From the NCBI RefSeq assembly GCF_964204645.1, contig NW_027437438.1, positions 1 to 64,000 of the forward strand: a stretch of 64,000 nucleotides of DNA, written 5' to 3'. Each line of letters starts with the position of its first letter. Within the stretch, counting starts at the first letter, position 1. The notes under the pieces were generated by a model. That model had not been told where the DNA came from, did not search any database, and saw nothing but the letters and a program-made list of their open reading frames with translations. This DNA comes from Tubulanus polymorphus (Eukaryota; Animalia; Nemertea). The translations under genes were made by a program, and so were the position numbers. This document shows positions 47,903 to 62,103 of this stretch, in pieces.

Positions 47903-49803
47903 TCCAACAGCTTGTAACTCACGAACTACGCCGCGCATCAATATGGAATTTTCAACACAGTACAAGATGCTTATTATCTTTCCTCGAAAATTTAGTTCAA
48001 GTAAATCGGATGACAATTATAAGATTTATCAAGTTCATAACTTTTGAAGTGGGAAAAAACGGCACTATGGCCGGTTTTGGTCACGTGATCTGAAAACCCT
48101 ATAAATGGGTCAAAGGTAAAAGTGCAGATCCGCACCTCTCGTAAATGGTTCAATTACATTAAAATTACATGCAATAACTCTGTTTCAGAGTCGAAATTTT
48201 AGTCGGATTTTGTCTCGAGATTGTCACGATATTTGAACCAGACACCATAGGCCTATTGGATGGGTGAATCTGAAGTGAAGATTTGTTTAGGACATTTGCT
48301 GAAACAATGTTTCATGAACTACTCAATTTGAGGAAGAAAAATAGAAATTTCTTATAAATTTCAACGAACATATTAGACAAATTGGCTAGAATTAATAACC
48401 CCAGTGACAGTTGGCAAAAAAGTGATGAGTTTTATGCACTGGTTTCATCAAAAATACTTTAGACAAATCTTCACTTTTGATTTACCTATCCAATATGGCG
48501 TCCTTTTGACAAATCATCCCGATTCCGAGGTAGAAACCTCGCCAAAATCTACTTTCTAGTGAAGATATCATAATATAAATCACTGCATTGGATTCCGTGA
48601 GACATTCTGAAGCTAGAACAGTATATAATAATTCAGTATATATTCCTTTAGTCTGAATACCAGTCGTTGTTACGGTCCCTACAACGTCTGACGCTAAAGT
48701 ATCATGTAGAGGTTAACTCCTGTTAATTGCAATGCATCAACTGATTTTAATGTCAAATCAAGCCTTTGTACTAAAAGAAATTAATTAGTTACCTTTTTGA
48801 CTTTGAAAACGTGTTTTATAATAAAAATTTTGATGATTTAAATCGCGAACCGGAGAATTTATTTATTTGAATTGAATTGATTGCCACAATCGGGATTTCC
48901 AATACGGACTAAATTAATAAAATGTGAAAATTCAATATGTCTCTCTAAAATTACTCTAAATTATATTTTTTGTTCATGAAACGCATAAATTTTGGTCAAT
49001 TTTAACCTTAAGAATTTGAAACAAGAATAATATCTGCATTGGCATCAAGGTCAGTCCGTGTTTAAGCCCGAATCCGTCATTTACACTCCCATCATGCACC
49101 ACGAAAAGCCGCCATATTTGTTATGTTGCTTCACTTCAACTGTTTTTTGAGGCGATTAGTCAAAAGTTTTGAGCTACAACTATCGTCAAAAGCCACTTAG
49201 GATTACAAATTTATGCACAAACAATAGTTAACTTCCATCCGATTACAGAACAGTCAGTTTGAGGTAAGTTGATGGTGTTTTAAGGGGTGAAATAGACGCT
49301 CAAAGCCTCGTCCCTCAAAATGAGGGATGAAAATTAACCTTATATGAGCACTTTCGCCAGACGTTGTTTGAGGAACAATGGCTAGGTACTAGACTAATAT
49401 TCCTTGTATATTGTATCTTCGGACGATAATGTCACGTGATGACTCGCTGGGTGCTAGAGCAAACTCCGAATGCAGAAAAACGTAGACGGTACAAACTCGC
49501 GTACTTTGTGGCGGACTGTTATGGTGTTATTGCGTCAATCACGTGAGGTGCAGATCTGCACTTTTACTGGTTCGTGCTGATTCAAATATCCAAAGTGGAT
49601 ATTTAACGGTTTTCAGATCACGTGATCAAAATCGGCCATAGTGCCGTTTTTTCCCACTTCAAAAGTTATGAACTTGATAAATTTATTAATTGTCATCCGA
49701 TTTACTTGAACTAAATTTTCGAGGAAAGATAATAAGCATCTTGTACTGTGTTGAAAATTCCATATTGATGCGCGGCGTAGTTCGTGAGTTACTAGCTGTT
49801 GGA
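47903..49803. mobile_element. Non-autonomous element with ~195-bp TIRs; nested MITE at ~48241-48502
   Basis: 47903-48098 is the near-perfect reverse complement of 49608-49803. Confidence 0.8.
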
Positions 49804-50018
49804 CTCAACTTAAAATTGTTGATTGACAGTTGCGCGTGTACTCTTCACCGCGGATTTCGAAAAATGCAGTTTTGAGATGCCCATCTTCTAGGCTATCCTG
49901 CAGAAAAGGGGCAGGACTAGGGATCACAAAACCTTCACAGGTGTTTTCAAAAGTTCTTGATTGACATCCAGGTATGCCGTACTTGTTTGTACCGGCAATT
50001 TTACAGGTTTTACGACTC

Positions 50019-50679
50019 TTAACTCTTTCGATGTCGTCGGCGAACCAGTTCGCCGAGAATTGATGTGAAATTGGTTATCTTAGAACGCTGTTGGCGAAAA
50101 TATTCACCGATGTCAATCAGGTGACACGGTCGCTGATTGGCTAGTCGTTAAAGCTATTCGAAGCATCTAAGCCAATCACCCACATGTAGGCGGTTACTAC
50201 TAGCTGAGCTTCCATGAATTTCAATGTCACTACACGTGTTTTGAATGGTTAGATGCACTGACATACATACTAACTGTGTTAGTAACTAGGCGCTTAGTGC
50301 ATACATATATGAATGTATACAATACGCGGCTACAGCGTTATATAGACTCGCATACATTTATAAGCGTCTGCAGTTATTTGAAACAATCATGGCAAACAAA
50401 CGTTTTACAGCTGAGCAAGTCAGAGATCTCGTTTTTGATAGCGGCAATGATGATGATAATGTAGATAAAAGTGATAATGAAAGTGAAAACACATTTGAAA
50501 GCGATGAAGCAAGTCAAAGTGACGAGGAAGCACCACCAGCGCTTCCTTCAGACAGCTCTGGAAGTGAACACCGATCCAGTCGTACCTGCTCCAGCTGTCA
50601 CTGCTCCAGCTAGGGGTCGAGGTCGTGGTCGAGGCCGTGGAGGTCATCAACAAGCCCTGCAGCCCGCTCGTCAATGGGT
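50019..50679 (+). mobile_element. piggyBac-like left end with acidic transposase N-terminus
   Basis: TTAA-CTCTTT terminus; ORF at 50389 MANKRFTAEQVRDLVFDS...SDNESE; cut off by the next element. Confidence 0.55.
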
Positions 50680-51446
50680 CAGAGATGCTAGTTTTCCGGA
50701 AATATCCGGAATTCCGGAAATTTAGGATCGCCGATGTCAATTCCGGAAATTGGGTGAGAATTCCTCGCGGCGACCAGTAATGGCACGGACCGTAAAAGCG
50801 TTCGTTTGTTTGTACTCGTCGTCGCTTCTGTGTTATTTTATCTTGGTCTCTGTTTCCGAGGACGTTCTGCTAAAATGTGTATATGTGTGCTTGTTGTGGT
50901 ATCTGTGCTTGCATAGGCGGAGCGCCACTGTTGTGACGCCATTTCCAATTAAAAGTCAAATCTTTACGCGCCGTTGTACATCGTCCCGCTGACGGCTAAC
51001 AATGTGAAGATGCACGTGGTAATAATTAAGATGATATTTAATAAATATCATCTTAATTATTACCACGTGGGTGCTATGTCCTGAGGCATGCAGTTTTGTA
51101 ACTTTCTTTTTACCTGCAGCTCTCAAGCGGGACGGTCTGCAAAATGAGCACGCACGGAAAGATTGTCAGTCGGGAGTCAGCCGATATAAAGGCAATTGAC
51201 AGCGGTATAAAAAATAAATTTTACTGGCACTGGCTAGAGTGTAAGGACAGTAACGGAGACTACTTATCGAACTACATTCGTAAGTTAGACTTTGCTGGCG
51301 TGGCGTACTGCGTCGTTTGTAAAGACCAGGTCAAATACGGTAGTGGCGAGAAAAAAGATATTCTTCGTCACCCGGATAGCGCGCGGCATAAGAAGGCAGC
51401 GAGGGGTATGAAGCACAACGAATGCCGAACTTTTTATCGACTTTAG
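50680..51446 (+). mobile_element. hAT-like left end with N-terminal zinc-finger fragment (ORF 51144-51446)
   Basis: CAGAGATGC start, TTCCGGAA subterminal repeats; KNKFYWHWLE...AYCVVC...YG...I.RH...H. Confidence 0.6.
51013..51069. repeat. Perfect 57-bp palindrome (28-bp arms, 1-nt spacer)
   Basis: cacgtggtaataattaagatgatattta-a-taaatatcatcttaattattaccacgtg. Confidence 0.95.
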
Positions 51447-51617
51447 CTATAAGGCCACATACATTCAGCGTAGAAAACTTTAATGATGATTTGATACAAG
51501 GCATTTCACTTATGTTTGCTGCGTTTGCTGTACTAGTGACATTTTGCTTATTTAAATCAGAAGTGTCAACATTTCGCATATTTACATCAGAAATGACAAT
51601 GTTAGGAGTGACAATGT

Positions 51618-52057
51618 ATGACATTATTTTCCGTCATGGCCATTTTCCCACATATTCTTGGACATTTTCCCATATGTTTTTCATTGTTTATTTTATAATA
51701 CTTTATTTAGACATTATTTAATGGCTGGATATCTGAGAGGAGTGAAAATGAAATTTAGGATTAGTTTTTGAATTTATTGAGTAAATCATTCATGTTCACT
51801 TCATTCATGTTCAATATCAATAGATCAAAGAAGTCAATTTTGCTTTGATCTACCAAACCTTTGTATCAAACCTAATATTTTTCTTTTGTCACATGAGTGA
51901 AATTTGAGCTGAAGTCAGTTTCCCAATTAGGCCTAGGCAATTTTGCTTTTAGAAGTAAAATTTAAATATTATAAAGAAAAAAAAATTATAAAGAAAAACA
52001 TGTGGGAAAATGTCCAAGAATATGTGGGAATATGGCCATGAGGGAAAATAATGTCAT
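51618..52057. mobile_element. MITE with ~63-bp inverted repeats
   Basis: atgacattattttcc...cccacatattcttggacattttccca vs tgggaaaatgtccaagaatatgtggg...ggaaaataatgtcat. Confidence 0.7.
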
Positions 52058-54215
52058 ATGGGAAAACGTCCATGTGGAAAAATGTCATGTTATATCAGGT
52101 ACATGATCGTTACGAGGCCTATTAACATCAGGGTATGTATCTACCGTATGAGAATTTGCATGTGAGCCAATGATATTTCTATTTACATTTGGATTACTGT
52201 CACATAAATTTACACTATTTACAAATTCAATAACATAACAACAACTTTGAGATACGAGAACAGTCCGGTCTACGAATTGTACGCATTGTTCCTTCCGCTG
52301 GTTCCTAGTGGCTGTCCATCGGTACGCGGTCACGGTTTTCGCGGATAACTAGTTTGTCCCGAACAAAGAAAGCTTTTTTTCTGTTTGCTTTCGCGGCTCT
52401 CAGCTAAGGGAGCTTTTCGCGTCGTGTCGCTGCCCATTCCTCAGGCACCTGTTCATTTAGTCCTAAAGGCGAGCCCGCCAGATTCTTTGCAACTGAATGT
52501 ACCAGTTCACGATCTTTGAAAAACTTGAATTTTGCAAACATTGAGCGCAGTTTTTTCTACTGCGGAGCTCTGATGGTAGCGCCCTCGTTTTAGTAACACG
52601 TGTAGCTCACCAAAATCATTGAAGCCGTTTATCTTTAGATAAAGGATTATCTATTGATAGAAAAAGATTTGTTTGAAAATATTTGAACTAAAATTAATTA
52701 TGCATACGCCCGGGGTCATCTTGACGAAAAAAACGTTTGTGTCGATATGCAGATGAATTTTAAACAATGCTAATTTGCATTAGAAATACCGTACTGGTGG
52801 ACCAACATTGTGTAGTATATAGTTGAAATCAAACGAGGGAATTGTTGGGGCTCGTTATCTATGATACCACCTCTGTGCGGGTATTGTCTTGATAAGCCTC
52901 TACGTCATACTTGCACTACGATATAATGTTAAGGTATATTGATGAGATCATTACATAACAGAGTAGCTACAATTGATGTGGCAACTACGAGGGAACGTAG
53001 ACTTAGTTCTGATCGGTGTACAAGTTTCATTCTCAAGTTCATTTTTACCCTGAATTCCAAGACCTGTAGCTTCAGAATGGTTTCCCATTTTTCATTTTTC
53101 ATTTTCCAAAAATCGAACAAATTTGCTAACAAATGAGGTTATAACTTTGACACGAAGTCATGCAATCTACTATGTTTATGTGCAAAATGTAGCTTCATCA
53201 TGCGGCTAAAATCTGTTGGAAATGGAATTTTGTATATCGCATTCACTTCAGAGAAATAGACGAATTCGTGGCGATTTTTAAAGAAATTTCAAGAAGCTTT
53301 TTGTTTCATAAAACGGCTAGAAGGCTGATGTAGAACGTTACATTGAAGTTAAATAACTGCTCGCTACGGTTGGCTGAGCTCCCGCTGTCAATCAATGTAA
53401 AAGGGCATATTCGATTGACGCAGACAAATTGGTCTTTTAATCTTCTCATCTATTAATCTGCTCGGTTCTAGTTTCTCATTTCCCAGTCATGGGAGAGTCT
53501 TTCGATTCGGTCTCCCCATATTTATTTCATTATGCAAATAACCGATTCAATCGATACGCTACTTCACGGAAGATTATGCGCGCACAATCGAATAGGCCCA
53601 AACCTCGTGATGATTGCTGATTAGATTTCGATGATGTTGTTCACCGAAATCAGCAGATTTTACACATCCATGAAGTATTCAAGGAAAACCTTAAAGATGC
53701 ATCAATCAGATGGCGCCCATACATTACAAAGATAACATTCTGCGCCCGAGATATTAAGATCCGTGGATCTCTTGTTGTTGGTATACTATGGGAAGGGATC
53801 TTAAACATTACACAATTGTGGCTTATCTTGAGCATCTTTGTCTGCACGAGGATGCTTTCCTGGACCCATTTTTCACTAAAAATTAACGTGAAATAACAAC
53901 GGAATGTCACAATGCAAATCTCGTGCTATGAGCTGGTTACCATTGGTTACTTATTTGTTTGCAAGGCTCTTTTCAGTATAGTCTTAACAAACTGCTTAAT
54001 CCGGGTTTTGGTCTAATCTGGACAATATCTGCAGTCCATTTGTTTATTAATATACAAGAAAATGACTTACCGGGTAATCGGCATTTCCCGTAAACCGGAT
54101 GAATTGTGTTGGACAATAATGATCTGAATTAAACAGGTTCTACTGTGGTAAGTTTATATAATTATGTTTACCCATCATTTTTCAGGACCCAATGGTTTAA
54201 TCAGTATTTTGCAAA

Positions 54216-54633
54216 ATGAGCAATCATTCAAATATAGCAGTTACCCAGCATGTACGACAATTGAAATTGGATGGAGCTGCTCAGCAACGAGTTTGTTTAC
54301 AGCTACTTCCACCGAAGGTTTCTTCCCTAAGAAATTTGAAAGAAAATTCCGATTTATTCGTGAGACCAATGAATTCTGGCTTGGATGTAAGATCAACTGC
54401 TTTTAAAAATGAACAGGGACTTTTAACTGATGAAGATAAAGATACAGCAAACAATATATGTGGAGTATTGGCATCAACATCTAATTTAAAAGCATCTGGT
54501 GTGCGCCTAATTCCTAATTCAACTAGTGATTATTCAGGAAAATTGGAACCAGTTATTCAAGGGCAATCTACTGAAATAGGAAAAGTCATTTTATCGCCAT
54601 CAATGAATGATCCTGAAGTTGATTCAGGCACAG
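54216..54633 (+). CDS. Possible upstream coding exon of the zinc-finger gene
   Basis: Acceptor ttttcag at 54185, ATG at 54216, donor G|GTAGGT at 54633/4 (phase 1, compatible with the exon at 59722). No recognisable domain. Confidence 0.3.
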
Positions 54634-55718
54634 GTAGGTGAAACATTTTGCCATCATAGAATTTCCAATTTCGGCGTATTCTACTGTTTTATCATTGGTT
54701 TTTCCCTGTTCAGTAGCAAACCATTGCATTGGATTATTAATCAGGCTTTCTGCTGCCTTCATTGAAAACCCACTTGATAATCTTTATTATAAGGGTTTCT
54801 GCTGCTTCGCCGAAACCCTCTTGTAATTCGGTTGATCATTATTATTACTTGTCCCATTTCCAGCCAAAAATTTTTCAAGAAATGAAACGCCTCTCAGATT
54901 CGACTACTAACAGCCTGTAAACGTTATCTTCAATTCGCAGAGATATATAACCTATCGATGCACTGTTTTAAATTTGCGTTTTGCTATATATTATGAATTA
55001 ATCTCGCGTATTTACTGGGACTAAAAAGCGACAAGAAAACGCAAAGAATCGTCATCCATTGATAAAAGTGCACCCAGAGAAAGCCTAAATTTACCGGAAG
55101 ACCTTGAGCATCTACTCAACCGTAAGTCAGGGATTCGGACTCACATTAGTCCGGACACGTCAATTCTCGCCATCTGATTCATATATGACCGATTCAAAAA
55201 GCAAATGTTTTCGCAAATCAAGTTATCGGACTGATATAAGTCCCAATCCGTCATTTCCCGTTTCTGATTCATCTATTGCCGCCATTTTGTACCATCTTCC
55301 GTTTGGCAGATGAACTCAACATTACCTAAATCACTTCAAAGACGTCGACGCAGTTGATGCCACATCATGTTTGAATCCCGACAATGCTATAATTTTAGTA
55401 GTAGTAGTAGTAGTAGTTAGATGCATGAGCCAATTGGCCCTTTCATCCTCATTGTCCTCTTCGTGTCTCATTGGGCATATGTGGTTCGCCTTATAGTCGC
55501 AACTTTGTACAAATTTTATACATATAAATAGTTTGTGAGTGATTGTTAGTATATAAGGACGAAAAGGATTCCCCCACTCGTGTGACACCCAGCTGTGGAT
55601 CTGGCAACACCTCTATGACTTAACCAATTACTGAACAAGTCTAGGCGCACGGAGTAGACAACTACCCCACCGACATGCACCCTGGGTATACCATTCCGAA
55701 TGAGAGCATCATTTCATG

Positions 55719-55880
55719 TTGCTAGATCTAAGTGCTGCATTTGACACAATCGACCATGACATTCTACTTAAACGCCTCGAATACCGTTTCAGAGTGACTG
55801 GAGTCGTACTGGATTGGTTTAAAACATTTTTGTCAGAACCAACAACAAGTTGTTCTAAACAGGCAGTCATCTTCAATTTT
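55719..55880 (+). pseudogene. L2/CR1-type LINE RT fragment
   Basis: [21 protein letters not shown]...[10 protein letters not shown]. Confidence 0.8.
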
Positions 55881-56436
55881 TAGGCCAGCCTTAGGCTCAG
55901 CCTATTACTATACAAATGGAGCGAATTTAAATGACATGGTTTCCAGAGTAAAGGCTCTTTAACTGTGCAACTGAGCATATATTCATACAAATCATTCATT
56001 AGAGCATTATCCATTTGCCAAACTCTACGTAGCTGAATTTTGAAAGAGGGCCTCGTTAAAATTTATATGAGCTTTTTAGCGAATATCTGATCGCAGAATT
56101 ATTGGTTTTGAAAAGCCAATCAGAAAGCAAATGCTCCTCTATGATTGGCTTAGCCGCAGAAATGAGCAGGCATTCACGTGAACCCGCGGTATCGTCTACC
56201 GTTTTACATCTGGGTTTTATTTTCAGATCTAAAATTGTATTTCAAGATCGATTTCTGTGAAAGCTTTAGTTGATTTGGTTTTTGGGAGGAATATTTTTAT
56301 TAGCACTACAGAAAATATCATTGACCATTGTGCAAAGTCCGGGAAAAATTGCTTTTTCTTAAATCAGATAGATGACCTTGATATGCTAATTAGCCATGTG
56401 CTCGAACTACAAATTCAATCAAATTTTATTCTCTAA

Positions 56437-56972
56437 ACTGCAATAGTCTGTTACTTGGTACAAGTCAGTACAATATAAAAAAGTTGCAGATTATCCAAAA
56501 CTCTGCTGCCCGACTTGTAACAAGATCAAAAAAGTTTGACTCGATTACGCCAATATTTGCTGAGCTACACTGGCTTCCAGTTGCTAAACGCATTGATTTC
56601 AAAGTTCTGCTCATGGTTTTTGAAGTATTGAATGATTTGGCACCAAGTTACATTTGTGATCTAATCACATTATATACTCCTACCCAGATCCTTACGATCC
56701 ACTTATACAATTTTACTAAATCTGTCTCATTTAACACCAAATTTTACGGCCACCGCGCCTTTGCCTCAGCAGCTCCAATCTTATGGAATGCTTTACCTTT
56801 TAGAATAAGATCCTGGAGTGATGTAGTTACTTTTAACACTGAGCTGAAAACTTTTCTTTTTAGGCAATATTTTAATTGACTGTTCAAATTTGTTTTTATA
56901 GCCTTGTATATTTGTAAACCGCGCTGAAATGTATACGGAGCGCGGTATATAAGAAATAAATGTTATTATTAT
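56437..56972 (+). mobile_element. L2/CR1-type LINE 3' end
   Basis: CNSLL...LQIIQNSAARLV...LHWLPV..RI.FK...APSY...RAF..AAP.LWN.LP; 3' stem-loop ccgcgct...agcgcgg, AATAAA and (TTA)n tail. Confidence 0.9.
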
Positions 56973-59721
56973 TTACAGTGCTTCATCTAGCATTAAAAAA
57001 GTGCAGGGTGCTGATTTGAAATAAGGGCATTTTTGTGCGTGATTCCATTGGAGGAACCTGCAATGTTCCCTATTGTATAGAATCGAGGTACCCCCTACTA
57101 CGATTGAGGACTAGAAACTATGTTTAACTCTGATTTTGCCATGAGTGGCAAACTTGACCACAGTACATCCTTACACCTATGCCTGTCAATGAACAAAAGT
57201 TAATCTATTGATAGGGCTTTCAAAATGATTTGGAAAACCAGTTGCATATTTTTAATCTTAGAAATATCAAATTAATTGATGTCAATTGATAGTGTTAGTG
57301 ATAGGCAAGTAACTGTTGATAATTGGTAAGCAGCCAGCTTAAGAACACATTATTGCTATTAGGTTACTCAAACTAATTGTCTCTGCGAGTCTCTCTGTGA
57401 GTTCACCGAAAAAAGTTTTTCACTTTGTATATATAAATTTGTCTAATAGTCTAGATAAAAAGATCCAGAGCATCACGATGTGTTCAAAACGAAACAATCC
57501 ATTGGATATTCACTACTAGCTTTACAACGGCAGTCGCTAGAGTGATTGGCAGTAGTTTGGAAGTCACCCAATTTCCTGGAAACTTAAACTAGGCCACGCG
57601 TACGAGGCACGTTTTCACACGATGCACACTGACTGCAGTACATTTAAATATAACCACTGATCACATGAGCTACTATCGTTGATATCATATGAGATATTTC
57701 ATAGCCGTCGCAGGATACTTACTAACAGTGGGATGCGAAGGCTTATTTTGAAAGCCCTGGCTCATTACTCGTGACTGACAACGGCAGGAGGGTGGCACAA
57801 GGGCCAGCATGGGACACATCTGAAGGGCACAAGGGCGGCTATTTTCGGGGGCGGGGCAGAACGCACCTCTGTTTTTGGCTAGATGAAGCACTGATTTATT
57901 ATCTAGGAGGTGCCGTACAGGTCACACTTGTAAAATCTTTCAATTGCTACTAGTCCTACAATCATTATCTGATATTGACAAAGCTTGGTTTGTAGATGCT
58001 ATGGGCCAAGGGCTAAAAAGTTATAGAGCTGTTTTCTGGATTTGAACTCTTGAGAGTGCTGTGTAGGTGGTCCTTGTAAAATCTTATCATAAAACAGCGG
58101 AGCAATATCTACCGATAGCCTGCTTAATTAAAATCGTTGTTTATTTCTGAATGCAAATTCTTCACTGAACAAATTGATGCATAAAGGTAGATCAACCTAA
58201 TTAACAAAATTAACAACCATTAACAAAATTATTGATCAAAACGCGCAAGTGCGACAGACTAGTCCATGCAACTGCCACCAGGGGACTTTGAAAGAACCAT
58301 ATGTTCTGTTATGCTATTTTGGTACATCGATACTTTTTACGTGGTAGCCCTTGTTCGAGCTGGATCATATCCAGCCGATTGTTGACCCAGGTTGCGCTTA
58401 TTGGAAATAAGTTATAATTTATGGAATGTAGAATTATTTTCGATGACGCTTCCCAGTGCGATACCGGGTATATAAACCAGTTAGGCAGAAAACCCGTTAT
58501 CGCTGCTATGCAGCTATATTTATTAATAGAATTTATTATTATTATCTGTATACGAAACTATGTACCAAATAGTGTCGCCGTGAAGAAGAATTGGGCCTTG
58601 AAATTTTGTGTGGTAGTCAATCATTGTATAAACTAATGCCACGGGTACAAACGGGTGTGAAAATGTTTATAGGGGGCCAAATAGAGGCAGACAAAATTTC
58701 AGCCAATCACTAAGCAGGAATTCTAATCATAGACTCTTACTGCATTAAAACAATTCTACAGTACAGTAACATGCAGTCACAATGGCCCAGTGAGTAGAGG
58801 TCAGGAGGTTGAGTCCTGCACAGATCCGCATATATTTTGTTTACCTCCAATAGTTACCGGTCTCCGGTACAGGTCATCAAAGCTTATAGGGTCTCCACAG
58901 GCATGGCCACATAGATTTGAAACCATTCTGTATCACAAGTACTAGGCTGCATTGACAAATTCTGTACATAATATTAATCAGAATTCCACTGTTTACTCAC
59001 TGTGAGCCTCTAAACATTGAAATTTAAGCCCGATTCAAAAATGGTCACCGGAAAACGTTATGTATTTTCCATTTACTGGTCGACATACACTCGGGGTGTA
59101 TTTTACACTCAGGCATTTCACCTGATGTTGGGAGCATCAGTTGTCTTTAGTAACATTCTAGTTATAACTTTGCTGCATTTGGGTTAAATGCTGAAATTAG
59201 GTCAGGAAACAGGAAATTTGAAGTCTGGATGCCACTCAACGACATGCTGATGGAGATAACCAAATGTATCTTCAGGTTTTCAGCCTGTCTGTATAGTAAA
59301 TTTAGATTAGGGGTGCGCTTTGGATCAAGGGCTGTTAACATATATTTCAATTATTTGATAATTTCATAGATAGCTTGAACTCATATCAGAAGTCAATATT
59401 TAATGTTCTTCCAATATCAAAGCCTATTTTCAAGTGATCATATGGCATATATCTGTACATTTTTCTAGAGTGATACATATTTAGGAAGTATTGTTTTCAT
59501 TTATTTATAACCCAGCTTGATTTAATGATAGCTAAAATTTTCTTAATTTAGTTTGAAATCTGTGGTTAGTTGAAAAGTGTAGTTTTTCCTTGACAACCAT
59601 TATCCCTTTCGGGCTCCCATATTTAGTGATTGAACTACTTTTTCCAGGTTCTTGGTAACCATGGTATTTCTTATACTATTGGAATGTGTTTATATATATG
59701 TATAAATATTCTGTTTTCCAG

Positions 59722-60716
59722 ATTCTGACTTTGTTGCTGCCATGGTTACAATATCGACTCAGCACTCACAGACTGAAAGTTCTGATATCCTTGCAGTTCA
59801 GGATGATTCCCCAGCACTTAATTTGCCTCAGCTTGTGAGTCGATTGAGTGCACGTGAGAAAGTAGATTCAAGTCCCACAGTTCTTTACCCATGTGATCTC
59901 TGTGGTAAAACTTATGCATCTCGCAAAAACATGAGACGTCACAGAGTGATTCATGAAACACCGTCGCAGCATACTTGCCGTCTGTGTCAGAAATCATTTC
60001 TACGGTCCGATGCCTTGCGACGACATTTAAAAACTCATGAAATTGATGTTAATCATCCTCAAAAACAGAAGATAGCAGCAATGTCCTGTTTAGAAGATGG
60101 TGAGGTAATTCTTCGAGGTAAAGGACGCCCACTTATTTGTAAAAAGATTGGAAATGTAAATGATGATATTAGTATGGCTGCTGCAGTGATATTAATGGAA
60201 AATCAGGAGGACAAACGTAAGGCAGCTGCAGAAGCTGAGGAAAGAAAAAAGCGGCTTATTGCTCGCCAAATCCAAAATACTATAACGCTTGCGATGAAAG
60301 AAGACAAAAAAACCAAAGTGTTTGAACAGGGAGAAGTGGAAGTTAGACAGAGGTCAGAAAGCAATTTTGCAATGTCTTTAGAAGTTGGAGGCAAATCCAA
60401 AGGGCATTCAAGAAAAAGACAACAGGAAAAGGAGATTGAGGAAAGATTATTACGTGAAGAAGAAGAACGGTATGAGGAGGCAAAACGCTTAAGGTTAGAG
60501 CAAGAGAGAATTGAACAGTTGCAGGCAAATTCTGATTCAGATGCTGAAACTTCATCTGCTGCTGCAGTTATAGCGGAAATGAATGTCAACCAAACAAGCT
60601 ATAGCCATGATATGTTACAAATGATTCAAAAGCAAGGGAAATCTATGAAATCATCAAAAAGAAGCACATGTAATATTCTTAAAAGGCGTTCCCCTCGGAC
60701 TATAAGTAATAACTGA
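59722..60716 (+). CDS. Exon encoding two C2H2 zinc fingers plus charged coiled coils (host gene or TE cargo)
   Basis: YPCDLCGKTY.SRKNMRRHRVIH and HTCRLCQKSF.RSDALRRHLKTH; acceptor ttttccag at 59721; 324+ aa open. Confidence 0.75.
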
Positions 60717-62103
60717 TTTTTTGTACCATGTTATTCCTTATCAATATCATCAGAAATAGTGAGGCAAAATGAGGAAGAATTGTGGGTTTTGGTGAATGTA
60801 CCCAAGTTGGTATGTATAATGCAATGATTTTTCCACAAAGCCTTTTAAATTACTTTTTGGTCCACTTAAATGTTTTCATTAGAATATTTCAATTGTATGA
60901 CCATCATGGTTTTCCATCTAGTTACTTTTAGAAGTTATGTTCATCTCAATTTTCAATCTAATGATTTGCAAAAAAGTTTTTTCGTTTCTTCCATCACTTG
61001 AATATAATTCATCACAATTCTACTTCTTTTTCATATTCTACAGTCCTTGCCAGGTTTCATGTAGAAAATGCTCAGATGAAGAAAAAAAAAATTACCTTCC
61101 ATTTAAAGTACCTGTCATAGAAAAACTTTTTTCATTTCATTATTTTTTCCCGCTGCGCCCTCCCACTCTTATCTTGAAATCTCCGAGTTATTAAAAAAGG
61201 GCTGATTCCCATTTTGCACAAAATTCTAAATGATTGCCACCAAAAAATGAAATTGAACATAAAACAATTGGGCTGAATTAAGTCTGGCTTGGGATTGTTT
61301 ATGAGGATTTAAGGGGATTGAATACTGATGCTTACCTTATTTGGGATGTCAGGCTCCGATGTCTGTACGCAATTGGCTTGACAAATGGGCGATTCACCTG
61401 AGCATTTCTGAAACAAGGTAGGGTAAAGTTCATCCTGAGAAGAATTGCATTTTGAAAGTCATTGAGGTGCATAAATTATGTATCATTATTTAACCCCTTC
61501 CCCCTTTGTACACAATTGTATGCAATTTAATGAAAACTCCCTCCCCACAAAGCGTATGTAATAAATGGGGGTAGGTCTGAAACACGGCCCCGGTCCCGGC
61601 CGCGGCCGCACACGTCTATAACACGGCCCAGGCCCCATTTACGATAATACAAAATGCTAAAGTTGTAAATACTAATACTTTTGCGAGTTTATGTATCGGT
61701 TACAGTTCTATTTGAATTTACTTTGCACAGTTTGGTGAATCAACTTGCCATCATTTTTACACTGAACTCGTTGAAAATGTGACAAATCTCCAAGCAATGA
61801 ACACGGAAAGAGTACAGCTAGGGATAAGTTGATTTTTGTATGTGAGAGAAAGTGCATGGAAGTGTGAATTAACCCTTTTCTTCTCTTATGTAACATTTCT
61901 TTTTTGGGTGGTATATCCTACAAGCTATGCTTTTTTATATCTTCTCTGATAAATTATGTAAATTTATACGTAATTTTTGCAAAAACATCATAATTTATAA
62001 TAAATTTATATTAGGCCTATTTGCTATAAATTGCTATAATTTTCAGAAAATGGACAAACAAACAATTATAGTGTTCGTTTTATCCCACAATGATCAACTA
62101 GTA

